A stretch of 61,675 nt of DNA from Candidatus Moraniibacteriota bacterium (GTDB taxonomy: Bacteria; Patescibacteriota; Minisyncoccia; Moranbacterales; GWC2-37-73), in contig JAAXUC010000006.1 in NCBI GenBank assembly GCA_013336225.1, positions 1 to 61,675 on the forward strand, written 5' to 3'. Under the pieces are notes generated by a model that made no database searches, was not told where the DNA came from, and worked only from the letters and a program-made list of their open reading frames with translations. Positions 45,609-54,844 of this stretch are shown piece after piece (positions within the stretch are counted from its first letter, which is position 1; the number at the start of each line of letters is the position of its first letter). A program made the translations under genes and the position numbers.

Positions 45609-46943
45609 ATGCTACTTTCTATGAATATAAAAACACAATTAAAAGAAAAATACGGCGCCTATATCTTGTTTGCTGCAATCATTGTGGTGGGTTCTTCTTT
45701 GTGGTGGCAAAATGGAAAAGCTGACACCGGCAGCATCTCTCAGGAAAGCACTGATGAACAAAAAGAAGCACAAAAGAAAATAGATGATTTGGAAAAAAAA
45801 GCTGATGTTTATCGCGAAATCATTGAAATTAAGAAAAAACAAGGTGAAACACTGAACAACCAGCTCTCCATCACTGATTCAAGTATTGCTGAAGTTAATG
45901 CGCAGATAGATGTCAGCAAACAAAAAATTGATGATTTCAACAGTCAAATATCTCGCATTAGCATGCAAGTGCAAGAAAAAGAAATACTAATAAGCTCACA
46001 GAAGAAAATGCTTGCGCAACTTGTACAGGCATTCTATGAAGTCAACATTGCAAGTCCTGTGGTTTCATATCTGACAGATGGTAATGTGGCATCTTTCATT
46101 GTTAAGAAAGATAGAATCACACAAACCGGAGATAAGGTCAAAGAAATGGTTGCTTCCGTCAAGAAAATAAAAAGCGATCTTGAAGCGCAAAGTGCTGAGT
46201 TGGACAAGAAAAAAGGTGAACTAATCTCAATAAATGAAAAGTTGAGCAACCAAAACAACAACCTTGAATCAATTAAAAATCAAAAAGAAAATCTGCTTGC
46301 TCAAACCAAAGGTGAGGAAGTTCGTTATGCTCAATTATTGGCTCGCGTGGAGCAACAAAAGCAGGAATTGCTGGATATCGATCAGTTTTTTGCAGCTAGC
46401 GGACTTTCAGTTGATTCTTATCCAAAACCTGATTCAAAATATTTCGCATCCACTGCTTGGTATTTTTCACAACGAGATCCTAGATGGGGAAATGAAACAA
46501 TTGGAAATACCAAGACTTTGATGAAAAGTTATGGTTGCGCTGTGACCGCTGTTGCGATGGTTTTCAAGGAACATGGAGGATCAATCAACCCAGGTCAGCT
46601 CTCTTCGAAGCCAATATTTTCTGGTGATTTGATTAATTGGCCGACTTCTTGGACCGATCCACGGGTTGCATTGACTGCCAGTGGCAAAAGCCATGGAAAT
46701 ATAAATTGGTCAATTATTGACGCACAGATTGCCAAAAATAATCCCGTCATTGTTTATATTGGAAAAACGAAGGGAGGTGGTGGTCACTACGTCGTCATTC
46801 ATCATAAAGCAAAAGATGGAAAATATGTGGTGCATGACCCCTATTTTGGTCCAAATCTTTTCTTGGACACTTCACGGGCATTGGTTGGAGCAATGGGCAC
46901 TTCCAGTTCAACGATTATCAATCAAATGATCATCTATAACTAA
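45609..46943 (+). CDS. Membrane-anchored coiled-coil protein with C-terminal C39-like cysteine peptidase domain (putative cell-wall hydrolase)
   Basis: A TM helix is followed by a Q/K/E-rich coiled coil of about 230 aa. Then come YFSQRDPRWGNE....YGCAVTAVAMV and GGGHYVVIH, the Cys and His of a Peptidase_C39_2-type fold. Confidence 0.65.
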   Translation: MLLSMNIKTQLKEKYGAYILFAAIIVVGSSLWWQNGKADTGSISQESTDEQKEAQKKIDDLEKKADVYREIIEIKKKQGETLNNQLSITDSSIAEVNAQIDVSKQKIDDFNSQISRISMQVQEKEILISSQKKMLAQLVQAFYEVNIASPVVSYLTDGNVASFIVKKDRITQTGDKVKEMVASVKKIKSDLEAQSAELDKKKGELISINEKLSNQNNNLESIKNQKENLLAQTKGEEVRYAQLLARVEQQKQELLDIDQFFAASGLSVDSYPKPDSKYFASTAWYFSQRDPRWGNETIGNTKTLMKSYGCAVTAVAMVFKEHGGSINPGQLSSKPIFSGDLINWPTSWTDPRVALTASGKSHGNINWSIIDAQIAKNNPVIVYIGKTKGGGGHYVVIHHKAKDGKYVVHDPYFGPNLFLDTSRALVGAMGTSSSTIINQMIIYN

Positions 46944-46946
46944 GCG

Positions 46947-47810
46947 ATGCAAAAACTAATATTGAAAATATCTTTATTTGCTGCAATATTTTTTGTATTG
47001 CCGAATTCTGCAGAAGCCTGGAGCAAAAATTTTGACATGGAAACTGTCGACACGTCTATTGGAGTTGGTACATTTGGCTCAACAATTTCCAGCGAACATG
47101 CCAATAGTGGAAATAATTCTTTTAAAGTTCCGCTGCTTGCTGGCGTCGAAAATGATGGCCAGCACACTTTTAGTCTGGGTGGGGATTTACATGAAGGAGA
47201 TGAATTATGGGCCAGAGTTTTCATCTACGTGCCAATCGGATTTGATTGGACTGCAATTCCAATCACGAAATTGCTAAGAATAGCACCTGCCAGGGCTGAT
47301 GGAACAGAGTGGGCATATCACTCAATTTTAGCAACAAACAAAAACAATTATGGATGTGGAAGTGAAACAACATTTGGATTCATGGTGACTGGCTCAGAAA
47401 ATAACAGCTCACAATCTCCACCACCAATTTGTCAAAATAGAAATACTGGTGATGGCGGAGCATATATGACTTCTGGGCAATGGAATTCAATTGAATTATA
47501 TATAAAAGTTTCAGCAATAAACGGTGTAATTAGAGCATGGCACAATGGAATTCTTCGCAATGAATATTTTTATCCAACCATCCCATCCGATGGCTATATT
47601 CCTTGGAACAGAACTACTAGTTGGACGCAGCATCATCTCTTAGGGTGGTGGAATGGAGGACCATCTAAGAATCAAGATATATATTTTGATGATCTTGTTT
47701 TGACTAATGAAGTTCCAGCGAGTCGAGATATTGAGAGTAACCCCATGATTGGCGCTAATATTATTGATATTATCGCACCGAATGCACCAATTGGACTTGT
47801 GGTGATATGA
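46947..47810 (+). CDS. Secreted beta-jelly-roll (ConA/polysaccharide-lyase-like) protein with conserved C-terminal APxxPxGL motif
   Basis: The signal peptide is MQKLILKISLFAAIFFVLPNSAEA. The W..IELYIKV....G.I.AW.NG and IYFDDLVL pattern is present. It ends IDIIAPNAPIGLVVI-stop. Its fold is related to the gene at 59225. Confidence 0.6.
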   Translation: MQKLILKISLFAAIFFVLPNSAEAWSKNFDMETVDTSIGVGTFGSTISSEHANSGNNSFKVPLLAGVENDGQHTFSLGGDLHEGDELWARVFIYVPIGFDWTAIPITKLLRIAPARADGTEWAYHSILATNKNNYGCGSETTFGFMVTGSENNSSQSPPPICQNRNTGDGGAYMTSGQWNSIELYIKVSAINGVIRAWHNGILRNEYFYPTIPSDGYIPWNRTTSWTQHHLLGWWNGGPSKNQDIYFDDLVLTNEVPASRDIESNPMIGANIIDIIAPNAPIGLVVI

Positions 47811-48767
47811 TTTTTAATAGATTGGAAAGTGTAATATAGTTTATTTTTTATATAAAAAGGGTTGTGCGACATTGAAGTGGGTGAGGTGTTTGGAAGATAG
47901 GTGGGCTATATTGTCGCATACTTAATTCTAATAATCGGCTTGTGCTCTTATATAGACATGACTTATGCACCATGATTCTGCCTTTGTTGTTAGTATTTGG
48001 CATTTTCCATATTATTGAAAAATTTTGCTTTTTTAAATTTTATTTTTAAAAAAGTTTTTTTTGTAAAATTGAAAAAAATAAAAAGACGTAATTTTCAAAA
48101 TGCAAAAGTTGGTTTTGAGGCACTAATATTGTTTCATGCATTAGGTCCAATGCTTCTTGTTTTGACTCTGGAGGCTTGGTGATGAAATAGCTATATGAGA
48201 GCACTAAGTTACTAATCATATACCCCAGAGACTATTTTTCAGGCCAAAAACGATCCAAAATAGCCTCAAAAACACCTCTGAATTATGGCTTATCTAAGCC
48301 ATAAAACGACGCTCAAAATTGACCTGTAAGGTGCCTCTGGGGAGAAAGTGGTACACTTATACCACTGAAAAAGGCTTGTCTGAGCCGTCATTTTAACATT
48401 AAGCTCTTTTTTGTGAATATTGGAGCGCGCGGTTGATATTGAAGAATGAAATTGGATAATTTTGATAAATGGAAAAAAATTAGAAATGATTGGAAATGTG
48501 AAACCTGAGAGTGTTGAGATGAAGATCGGGTGTGAAGGGCAGCAGAAGGCGCGTAAGGACTAAATAATCATGTTCTGGGGCTCTTAGATGCATTAAAATG
48601 ATTTATAGCCAGGAAGCCTTGTTCTGACCTCATACCCAACTGTATGTCGTAAAAGATATAATGTGCGACATTGAATAGATATTAAAATATAGCCATTTAT
48701 ACCCTATATAAGCCCAGGATTCGTATCCTTTTGTATCTTTTATGCCAATTGATGCACGCCAAACAAC

Positions 48768-49187
48768 TCACCACTCTAGCGTCATGGTGAATGTGTCAGT
48801 GTTGCTCTTGATGAATCCAACTGATTCATACAGCTTCTGAGCGCCAATTCGCATTGGATTACTGGTGAGATTTATTCTACTTGCATTTCTTTCTTTGGCA
48901 ATCTCAATCAATCTCAAAACCAAGGTTCGCCCAAGACCTTGGTTTTGATGATTTTCGCCAATCACAACATCCTCAATCCTGGCCACTTCCCCTTTAGTTG
49001 GAATCTTGTGCATGATCAACGACCCAAAGCCAACCAAATTTTCGCCATCCTCAAAAACCAAACAAACAACATTGTCATCAGCAATCAAAGCTGCCTCATT
49101 AATAAGAATTTCTTTATCAGTCAAAATTTTGAAAAGTGGAATAAGTTTCTCTGCATCCCCTATTTTCAGTTCTCTTAATGTTGGCAT
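48768..49187 (-). CDS. GNAT family N-acetyltransferase
   Basis: The acetyl-CoA motif is HQNQGLGRTLV. I took the start at MPTLRELKIG (ATG at 49187), because the longer tracked ORF runs into a repeat element. Confidence 0.8.
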   Translation of the reverse strand: MPTLRELKIGDAEKLIPLFKILTDKEILINEAALIADDNVVCLVFEDGENLVGFGSLIMHKIPTKGEVARIEDVVIGENHQNQGLGRTLVLRLIEIAKERNASRINLTSNPMRIGAQKLYESVGFIKSNTDTFTMTLEW

Positions 49188-49192
49188 ATTAA

Positions 49193-49340
49193 AATAAAAT
49201 GGTATTAATACCCCAGGGCGAGCCTTGAACCCCTTGGGTTTTCGAGGCAAGCCTCGAGGCATTAAACCTTTTGGTATCGTCGCTCACTCGGAAATACTTG
49301 TCTGCTGACAAATCATTTCACTCGTTTCGCTAGATAATAA
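49193..49340. repeat. About 150-bp GC-rich structured repeat, copy 1 (direct repeat of 52572-52750)
   Basis: GGTATTAATACCCCAGGGCGAGCC..TCGAGGCAAGCCTCGAGGCATTAAACCTTTTGGTATCGTCGCTCACTCGGAAAT..ATTTCACTCGTTTCGCTAGATAATAAA. Confidence 0.85.
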
Positions 49341-49389
49341 ATTATTTATTAACGGATTAACGCATTAACGAATTAAAATTAAGTGAAAA

Positions 49390-49776
49390 TTAGTTTTTAC
49401 TTTTGTAATTCTTGATAGCAGCATGCAGCGCATCGGCTGCTAAGTTACTGCAATGCATTTTTGCTGATGGAAGACCGCCCAATTCTTCGGCCACACTTTT
49501 GTTTGTGATTGCTAAAGCTTCAGAAATGGTTTTTCCTTTGGCCAAATCAGTGGTCATGGAGGAAGTTGAAATGGCTGCTCCACAACCCAAGGTTTCAAAT
49601 TTCACATCCTTGATGATTTCCTGTCCTTGCTTATCCTTGGACACCTTGATATATAGACGCATGATATCGCCGCATTTTGGGTTGCCAACTGTGCCAACGC
49701 CATCAGCATTCTTAATCTTTCCTTGATTATGAGGCTTCGTAAAATGCTCTAAAACTTTCTTGGTATATTTTTGCAT
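49390..49776 (-). CDS. iscU: Fe-S cluster assembly scaffold (IscU/NifU N-terminal type)
   Basis: The three conserved Cys contexts are present: GNPKCGD, TLGCGAAI and MHCS.LA..AL. Confidence 0.9.
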   Translation of the reverse strand: MQKYTKKVLEHFTKPHNQGKIKNADGVGTVGNPKCGDIMRLYIKVSKDKQGQEIIKDVKFETLGCGAAISTSSMTTDLAKGKTISEALAITNKSVAEELGGLPSAKMHCSNLAADALHAAIKNYKSKN

Positions 49777-49833
49777 GATAGAAAAATTACTTATTAACGA
49801 ATTAACGCATTAACGAATTCAAAATGCGTGTTT

Positions 49834-51057
49834 TTATTGAAAGTCTGCTAGCACGTTGCCAGAAATTTTTCGTAGACGCTTCACAACTTCCTTGATTTTA
49901 GTGATGACAATGTCTAATTCTTTCTTGGTGGTATGTTTTCCAATGGTGAGCCGCAAACTGCCATGGGCTTGTTCATGCTTGAGTCCCAAAGAAAGAAGCA
50001 CATGCGAGGGATCAAGCGCGCCAGATGAGCAAGCAGAACCTGTGGAGGCAGCAATTCCATCCAAATCCAGTGAAAGTATCAATCCTTCACCTTCAACATC
50101 GTCAAAGCGAAAATTGGCATTATTAGGTGAACGCAACTCCTTAGATCCATTGAGATATGATTTGGGAACTTCTTTCAGCACTCGCTTGATCAAATAATCT
50201 CGTAGCACTGTGATTTCCGCAATTTTCTTTTGCGTGGCAGGGGTTTTGATTGCATTGATTGCTTCGCCAAGTCCGACGATAGCTGGCACATTGTGGGTTC
50301 CAGCGCGCATCTTGAATTCTTGATCCCCACCATCTTGAATGCGCTTGATTGGCGTGCCTTTGCGAATATATAAGAGTCCAACTCCTTTGGGACCATAGAT
50401 TTTGTGCGCTGACATGGAAAGCAGATCAATGCCAAGTTCATCTACATCGCAATTAAAATAGTTGATGGCTTGGGTGGCATCAGTATGGAAAATTATGCGT
50501 GGCAACTTTGCTTCTTTTCGCTCAACGTTTATTTTTTTGAGCAATTTTCCTATTTCGGAAATTGGTTGCACTGTGCCGATTTCATTATTCACATACATCA
50601 CGGAAATCAGGATGGTGTTGGGCTTAATGGCAGCCTTGATGTCCTTGATTGAAATCAAACCTTCTTTGTTAGGAGCAACAAAGGTGACTTCAGCTAATCC
50701 ATCTTTCTCGGAAAATTTGCAAGCATCCAGTACACAGTGATGTTCAAATTTGGTGGTGATGATGTGTGGTTTTTCTCCAGCTTTGCGAGCAATGGAATAA
50801 AATGAACGCAAGCTTCCCTTCACAGTCAAATTATTGCTTTCAGTGGCGCCTGAAGTGAAGATTATTTCAGAAGTACTGCTGCGAAAAAAAAGTGCTGCTT
50901 TGGCGCGAGCCTCGTCAACAGCTTCAAGTGCAACTTGTCCAAAACCGTGCACGCTCATGGCATTGCCAAAATCCTGAGTGAAAAATGGCAGCATTGCTTC
51001 CAAAACTTTTTTATCAACTGGCGTGGTGGCTGCGTAATCGAGATATATTTTATTCAT
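49834..51057 (-). CDS. iscS: Cysteine desulfurase (IscS/NifS class)
   Basis: YLDYAATTP is present. The PLP-lysine context is SMSAHKIYGPKGVG. The catalytic loop is GSACSSG. Confidence 0.9.
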   Translation of the reverse strand: MNKIYLDYAATTPVDKKVLEAMLPFFTQDFGNAMSVHGFGQVALEAVDEARAKAALFFRSSTSEIIFTSGATESNNLTVKGSLRSFYSIARKAGEKPHIITTKFEHHCVLDACKFSEKDGLAEVTFVAPNKEGLISIKDIKAAIKPNTILISVMYVNNEIGTVQPISEIGKLLKKINVERKEAKLPRIIFHTDATQAINYFNCDVDELGIDLLSMSAHKIYGPKGVGLLYIRKGTPIKRIQDGGDQEFKMRAGTHNVPAIVGLGEAINAIKTPATQKKIAEITVLRDYLIKRVLKEVPKSYLNGSKELRSPNNANFRFDDVEGEGLILSLDLDGIAASTGSACSSGALDPSHVLLSLGLKHEQAHGSLRLTIGKHTTKKELDIVITKIKEVVKRLRKISGNVLADFQ

Positions 51058-51068
51058 AAAAAAATAAA

Positions 51069-51153
51069 TGTCATCCTGAACTTGTTTCAGGATCCCGCAA
51101 TATCATAGCTGTTTTGCTAAATTTCTGGATTCCGGATCAAGTCCGGAATGACA
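51069..51153. repeat. Pair of inverted GTCATYC hairpin modules (MITE-like)
   Basis: GTCATCCTGAACTTGTTTCAGGATC (left) and GGATTCCGGATCAAGTCCGGAATGAC (right, inverted). Confidence 0.75.
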
Positions 51154-51165
51154 CTGCTAGTTTGG

Positions 51166-51555
51166 TTATTTTATTAGGGTGTTTAATTTTATATCATACA
51201 GAGTTTTTTTGATTTGCACTCCAAGCTTATTCCAAACAATGCTTGAGGGACATTTATGCTCACTAGCACAAAATTTTCCCACACAGCGCATGGGCGCAAT
51301 TTCCCCATCCAAAATTTCAATGATTTCCCCTGCTGTGATTTTTTTTGGATCGCGATCAAGCACATATCCACCTTGTTTTCCCTTGGTGCTTTGCACCACT
51401 CCCCCATTTCGTAGCAGTCCCATGAGCCGTTCCAGATATTTTTGAGAAATGTTTTCCTCTTTGGCAATCTCGCCAATGGTTTTTTGCTCAGGATAACATT
51501 GAGCAAGATTAGTCATGGCCTTAAGACCATATTCCGCTTTGGTTGAAAATCGCAT
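51166..51555 (-). CDS. Rrf2-family transcriptional regulator (IscR-like)
   Basis: MRFSTKAEYGL.AM..LA and the wHTH I...E.IS..YLE.L...L...G.V.S..G..GGY are present. A Cys cluster reads C..KFC....C. It lies upstream of iscS-iscU on the same strand. Confidence 0.85.
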   Translation of the reverse strand: MRFSTKAEYGLKAMTNLAQCYPEQKTIGEIAKEENISQKYLERLMGLLRNGGVVQSTKGKQGGYVLDRDPKKITAGEIIEILDGEIAPMRCVGKFCASEHKCPSSIVWNKLGVQIKKTLYDIKLNTLIK

Positions 51556-51692
51556 AGTTTCTTTATTACCTACTAAATTAGTATATATTCATAATACCAG
51601 TTTTTGGCTTATCGTCAAGGGCTTGACTCCTGCTTGGAAAAATTGTATACTTTCTTGAAGTTCCTAATATATCAAGCCCAGGGAGGGATGTC

Positions 51693-52136
51693 ATGTCAAT
51701 TGAGATCACATTTATTTTGGATGAAGAAGACGTTGAAATGCAGGAAAAGGTTGCCGCATTTGTTTCACAGTATCCAGATAAGATTCAGATGATGGAAACA
51801 AGAAGTGCTGACAATATAGACTTCAGCAAGGTCATGGCATTCGCGACTTATTCTGAGGAGCCAAGAATCGGCAACATGGTTGCCAGAATAATGGTAGCTG
51901 CCAATGATTCAAGAAGCCTGGTGGTGGATGATTTTTCCAAGCAAGTCGGTATCGTTGGATTTGACTCCAGTCAAGATCTGCACATTTCCAGGATATTGAT
52001 GAATGACTTATTGATCCAGGATGCAGAGATTATCCCAAAGAATCATCGGGAAGGATATCCAAGCTTTGCTCAAATAAGAAAATTTCCCATCCCTGCGCAA
52101 TGCAAAAAAGCAAACATAATAATCAGCAAGCGTTAG
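51693..52136 (+). CDS. Hypothetical protein
   Basis: 147 aa. A strong SD (GGGAGGGATGTC) precedes the ATG. I see no recognisable family. Confidence 0.5.
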   Translation: MSIEITFILDEEDVEMQEKVAAFVSQYPDKIQMMETRSADNIDFSKVMAFATYSEEPRIGNMVARIMVAANDSRSLVVDDFSKQVGIVGFDSSQDLHISRILMNDLLIQDAEIIPKNHREGYPSFAQIRKFPIPAQCKKANIIISKR

Positions 52137-52303
52137 CACAACCATAGAAACCACATGAGAATCTTCATGTGGTTTTTTAATTGGCTTTCAAATTTTAATT
52201 TTGTCCAGACAATATAGAACTGAAGTGTAATCTTGCCCTAAATTGCTTATTTGATATAATTAACTTAGTATTTGCCAACATTGCAAAAAAGGAGTTTGCT
52301 GCC

Positions 52304-52513
52304 ATGAAAATTTATGCGTGTTTCGATTGCAAGGAAAATGAGGATGGCATCATCAATATTATTGGCTGCGGTCAAAATGTGTTGAGCAATGAATGCCTGA
52401 GTTGCGGTGTCAAAAAACGTAAAGTTTGTCCGCAAAAAATGCCGGATCAAGAAATTGAAATTGATGCCAAGCATCGTTGTGAGAAATGCAATGAATTGCG
52501 ATATTGTTGGTAA
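52304..52513 (+). CDS. Small Cys-rich (zinc-ribbon-like) protein
   Basis: 69 aa with CxxC-type pairs (CFDC, C..C, C.KC). AAGGAG lies 8 nt upstream of the ATG. Confidence 0.5.
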   Translation: MKIYACFDCKENEDGIINIIGCGQNVLSNECLSCGVKKRKVCPQKMPDQEIEIDAKHRCEKCNELRYCW

Positions 52514-52571
52514 AGGCTATGCATTGACATGGCCTTTTTATTTTTCTTGCCCTTTTTTGTCAGCATGTCAT

Positions 52572-52750
52572 AATAAAAGGGTATTAATACCCCAGGGCAA
52601 GCCCTGGACCCTTTGGGCTCTCGAGGCAAGACACGTCGCTCGCGAGTGAACATGTCAAGCCTCGAGGTATTAAACCTTTTGGTATCGTCGCTCACTCGGA
52701 AATGATTGTCTGCTGACAAATCATTTCGCTCGTTTTGCTAGATAATAAAA
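52572..52750. repeat. About 150-bp GC-rich structured repeat, copy 2 (with a nested palindromic insertion)
   Basis: Same sequence as 49193-49340, except for an extra ACACGTCGCTCGCGAGTGAACATGT inside the TCGAGGC...GCCTCGA hairpin loop. Confidence 0.85.
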
Positions 52751-52808
52751 ATGTATCATCATGACTTTACAAACTTGATGAACTTTAAAAACTTTCAACT
52801 TAACTTTT

Positions 52809-53939
52809 ATGCGTCTATCATATTCAGCCCTGGATTCATTCCAAAATTGCAGCTTGAAATACAAATTTCAAAACATCGACAAACTCAAAGAACCAAAATC
52901 CAAAGAGGCGGTTTTTGGAACATTGGTGCATGGCACTTTAAAATTCATTCACACCCCTTCCCTGCTGCAACCAAAATTGGAAGATGCATTGGACTATTTT
53001 TCCAAAAATTGGAACAGCGATGTTTTTGAAGATGAACTGGAAGAGCGCTCAGCTTTTTCCATGGGCGTTTCCATGATTCAGGAATATTACAAAAAAAATG
53101 TTATTGCAGATTACAACATTGTTGATTTGGAAAGTCGCTTTGCAGTGGAAATCAAAAACCCCAAAGATGGCACATCGCACGTCATTTCTGGAATCATCGA
53201 TCGCATCGACAAAACTGAAGATGGCTATGAAATCATTGATTATAAAACCACCAAAAAAATGCCATCCCAAGACAAGGTTGACAATGATTTGCAACTTTCA
53301 GTCTATTTGAATGCATTTTTGGCTCGTTATCCCAAGGAAGCTGAAAGATTGGATAAGGTGACGGTGAGTCTCTATTACCTCAAGCACGGAGTGAAATTGA
53401 GCTCCACAAGAACCTTGCAACAACTAAATGACGCCAAACAACTTTTCTTGGATGTCATCACTGAAATTGAAAAAGGTGTCTTTGTGCCAAACGTCACACC
53501 TCTTTGTGATTGGTGTGGTTTTCAAAAAATTTGTCCAATGTGGAAACATAAGTTCAAGGAAGAAAGAAGAATCGACAGTGAAGAAATCAATGCTGCCATT
53601 GGAGATTACATCAATTTGAAATCAGCCATTGCTTCCACCAAAGTGCAATTTGCCCAATTGCAAGAAAAAATCAACACCTATATGGAGCAAGAAGGTGTTG
53701 AGCGGGTTTTTTCCGAAGAAGGAATCATCGCTCAAACATTGCGCAAAACATATAAATACGATGAAAAAATCTTGCGTGAAATTTTGGAGCCATTGGACAA
53801 ATGGGAGTCCGTGCTCAAGGTTGATGGCATTGCACTGAAAAACATCATGAGTGTGCTTTCTCCTGGAATCAGACAAGATGTTGAAAGATCGCGCATTTTG
53901 GACAAGGAAAGTAAGAGTTTGACCATCAAGAAAAAATGA
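52809..53939 (+). CDS. PD-(D/E)XK nuclease (RecB/AddB/Cas4-like) with C-terminal Cys cluster
   Basis: SYSAL..F..C.LKYKF, G.LVH and GIIDRIDK.....IIDYKT (the D..D/E-x-K core) are present. The C-terminal CDWCGFQKICPMW marks an Fe-S-type cluster with the N-terminal Cys. Confidence 0.75.
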   Translation: MRLSYSALDSFQNCSLKYKFQNIDKLKEPKSKEAVFGTLVHGTLKFIHTPSLLQPKLEDALDYFSKNWNSDVFEDELEERSAFSMGVSMIQEYYKKNVIADYNIVDLESRFAVEIKNPKDGTSHVISGIIDRIDKTEDGYEIIDYKTTKKMPSQDKVDNDLQLSVYLNAFLARYPKEAERLDKVTVSLYYLKHGVKLSSTRTLQQLNDAKQLFLDVITEIEKGVFVPNVTPLCDWCGFQKICPMWKHKFKEERRIDSEEINAAIGDYINLKSAIASTKVQFAQLQEKINTYMEQEGVERVFSEEGIIAQTLRKTYKYDEKILREILEPLDKWESVLKVDGIALKNIMSVLSPGIRQDVERSRILDKESKSLTIKKK

Positions 53940-53993
53940 TATAGGATGGATAATCTTCTTTAACAATCAAAAAACTTAACAAGGAGGTTTCTC

Positions 53994-54413
53994 ATGGGAG
54001 CAAGAATGTTGAAAAGAATTTCTCGCAAAGGAAAACGAGAGACGAAATTGCAAGAAGCAAAAAAGCGTTTGCAAACAAGAAAAGAACAAGTAAGAAAAGA
54101 AATTGAGCTTAAATTGGCCAAACTAAGATATCGCAAAATATGGCTTTCTAACTACCCCCTTTTTTTGGCACTTGTCATTTTGATAGGCGCGCTGGGATAT
54201 GCTTTCAAGTCATGGCTTGCTCTATTTTTCTTTTTAGCTGGAATTTTGATCTATGGAATTCTGCTCATGATCAATCATTGCAACCGAATCACCAAAGATG
54301 AAAAAGTTGATATTGATGATTATGAGTTTGCAGCCACCATCATGGGCGTGGCCAGCAAGGCTGGCATGCTATATGCTTGCGTGGCAACAGTTTGTATGGC
54401 AATTTTTTCTTGA
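53994..54413 (+). CDS. Hypothetical membrane protein
   Basis: 139 aa with a basic N-terminus and then 3 TM helices. AAGGAGG lies upstream. Confidence 0.5.
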   Translation: MGARMLKRISRKGKRETKLQEAKKRLQTRKEQVRKEIELKLAKLRYRKIWLSNYPLFLALVILIGALGYAFKSWLALFFFLAGILIYGILLMINHCNRITKDEKVDIDDYEFAATIMGVASKAGMLYACVATVCMAIFS

Positions 54414-54441
54414 AAAATGAAATCATCTTTCATTTGGAGGT

Positions 54442-54786
54442 GTGTCAATGAAATCAAGTCACCGATTATTTTTCAAAAAGTTTATTTTGGATTTTTGGGT
54501 GGGATTTGTTGTGTATGCTGCGATTTTGGCATTCATCTTTTACAGTTATCAAGATCGCACCTGGGCTGTTTTCTTTCTGACCTTAGCTTGGACATTCTTT
54601 TGGCTCACGTTCTACGCGGAATATCTAACCAAGGTCTCGGTGGAATTGTATGAGGATCATGTGCGCAAAAAAATGTTTGCAACAACAGAAGATCTCAAAG
54701 GCGCTGTGATTGGAACGCATTATTGCAGAGGCAAATTTGAAAAAGGAAAAAACGATATTGATAATCCTTCAAACTACGCCAGATAA
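54442..54786 (+). CDS. Hypothetical membrane protein
   Basis: 114 aa with 2 TM helices. TGGAGG lies upstream. Confidence 0.5.
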   Translation: MSMKSSHRLFFKKFILDFWVGFVVYAAILAFIFYSYQDRTWAVFFLTLAWTFFWLTFYAEYLTKVSVELYEDHVRKKMFATTEDLKGAVIGTHYCRGKFEKGKNDIDNPSNYAR

Positions 54787-54844
54787 TAAAAGAAGAAAGC
54801 CGGTCATCAAATGATGATCGGCTTTTAAAATAGTGCAAGTATTC

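Noticed and set aside
47864-48675. ORF-less group II intron (the region begins GTGCG)
   Set aside because: I could not find a domain V-like 34-nt hairpin with an AGC triad and GNRA loop, a branch-site domain VI, or any RT/maturase ORF. The GTGCG belongs to a 13-nt direct repeat.
48690-48740. tRNA-like T-arm (AGGATTCGTATCCT) and a general search for tRNA/rRNA
   Set aside because: The stem is only 4 bp with a 6-nt loop, and there is no acceptor, D or anticodon arm around it. No GGTTCGAATCC-type T-loops or rRNA-like segments were seen anywhere in the window.
49188-49262. N-terminal extension of the GNAT gene (MPRGLPRKPKGFKARPGVLIP..) and the similar ORF 52447..52719
   Set aside because: Both are translations of the 150-bp structured repeat. 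The GNAT domain starts at the internal ATG at 49187.
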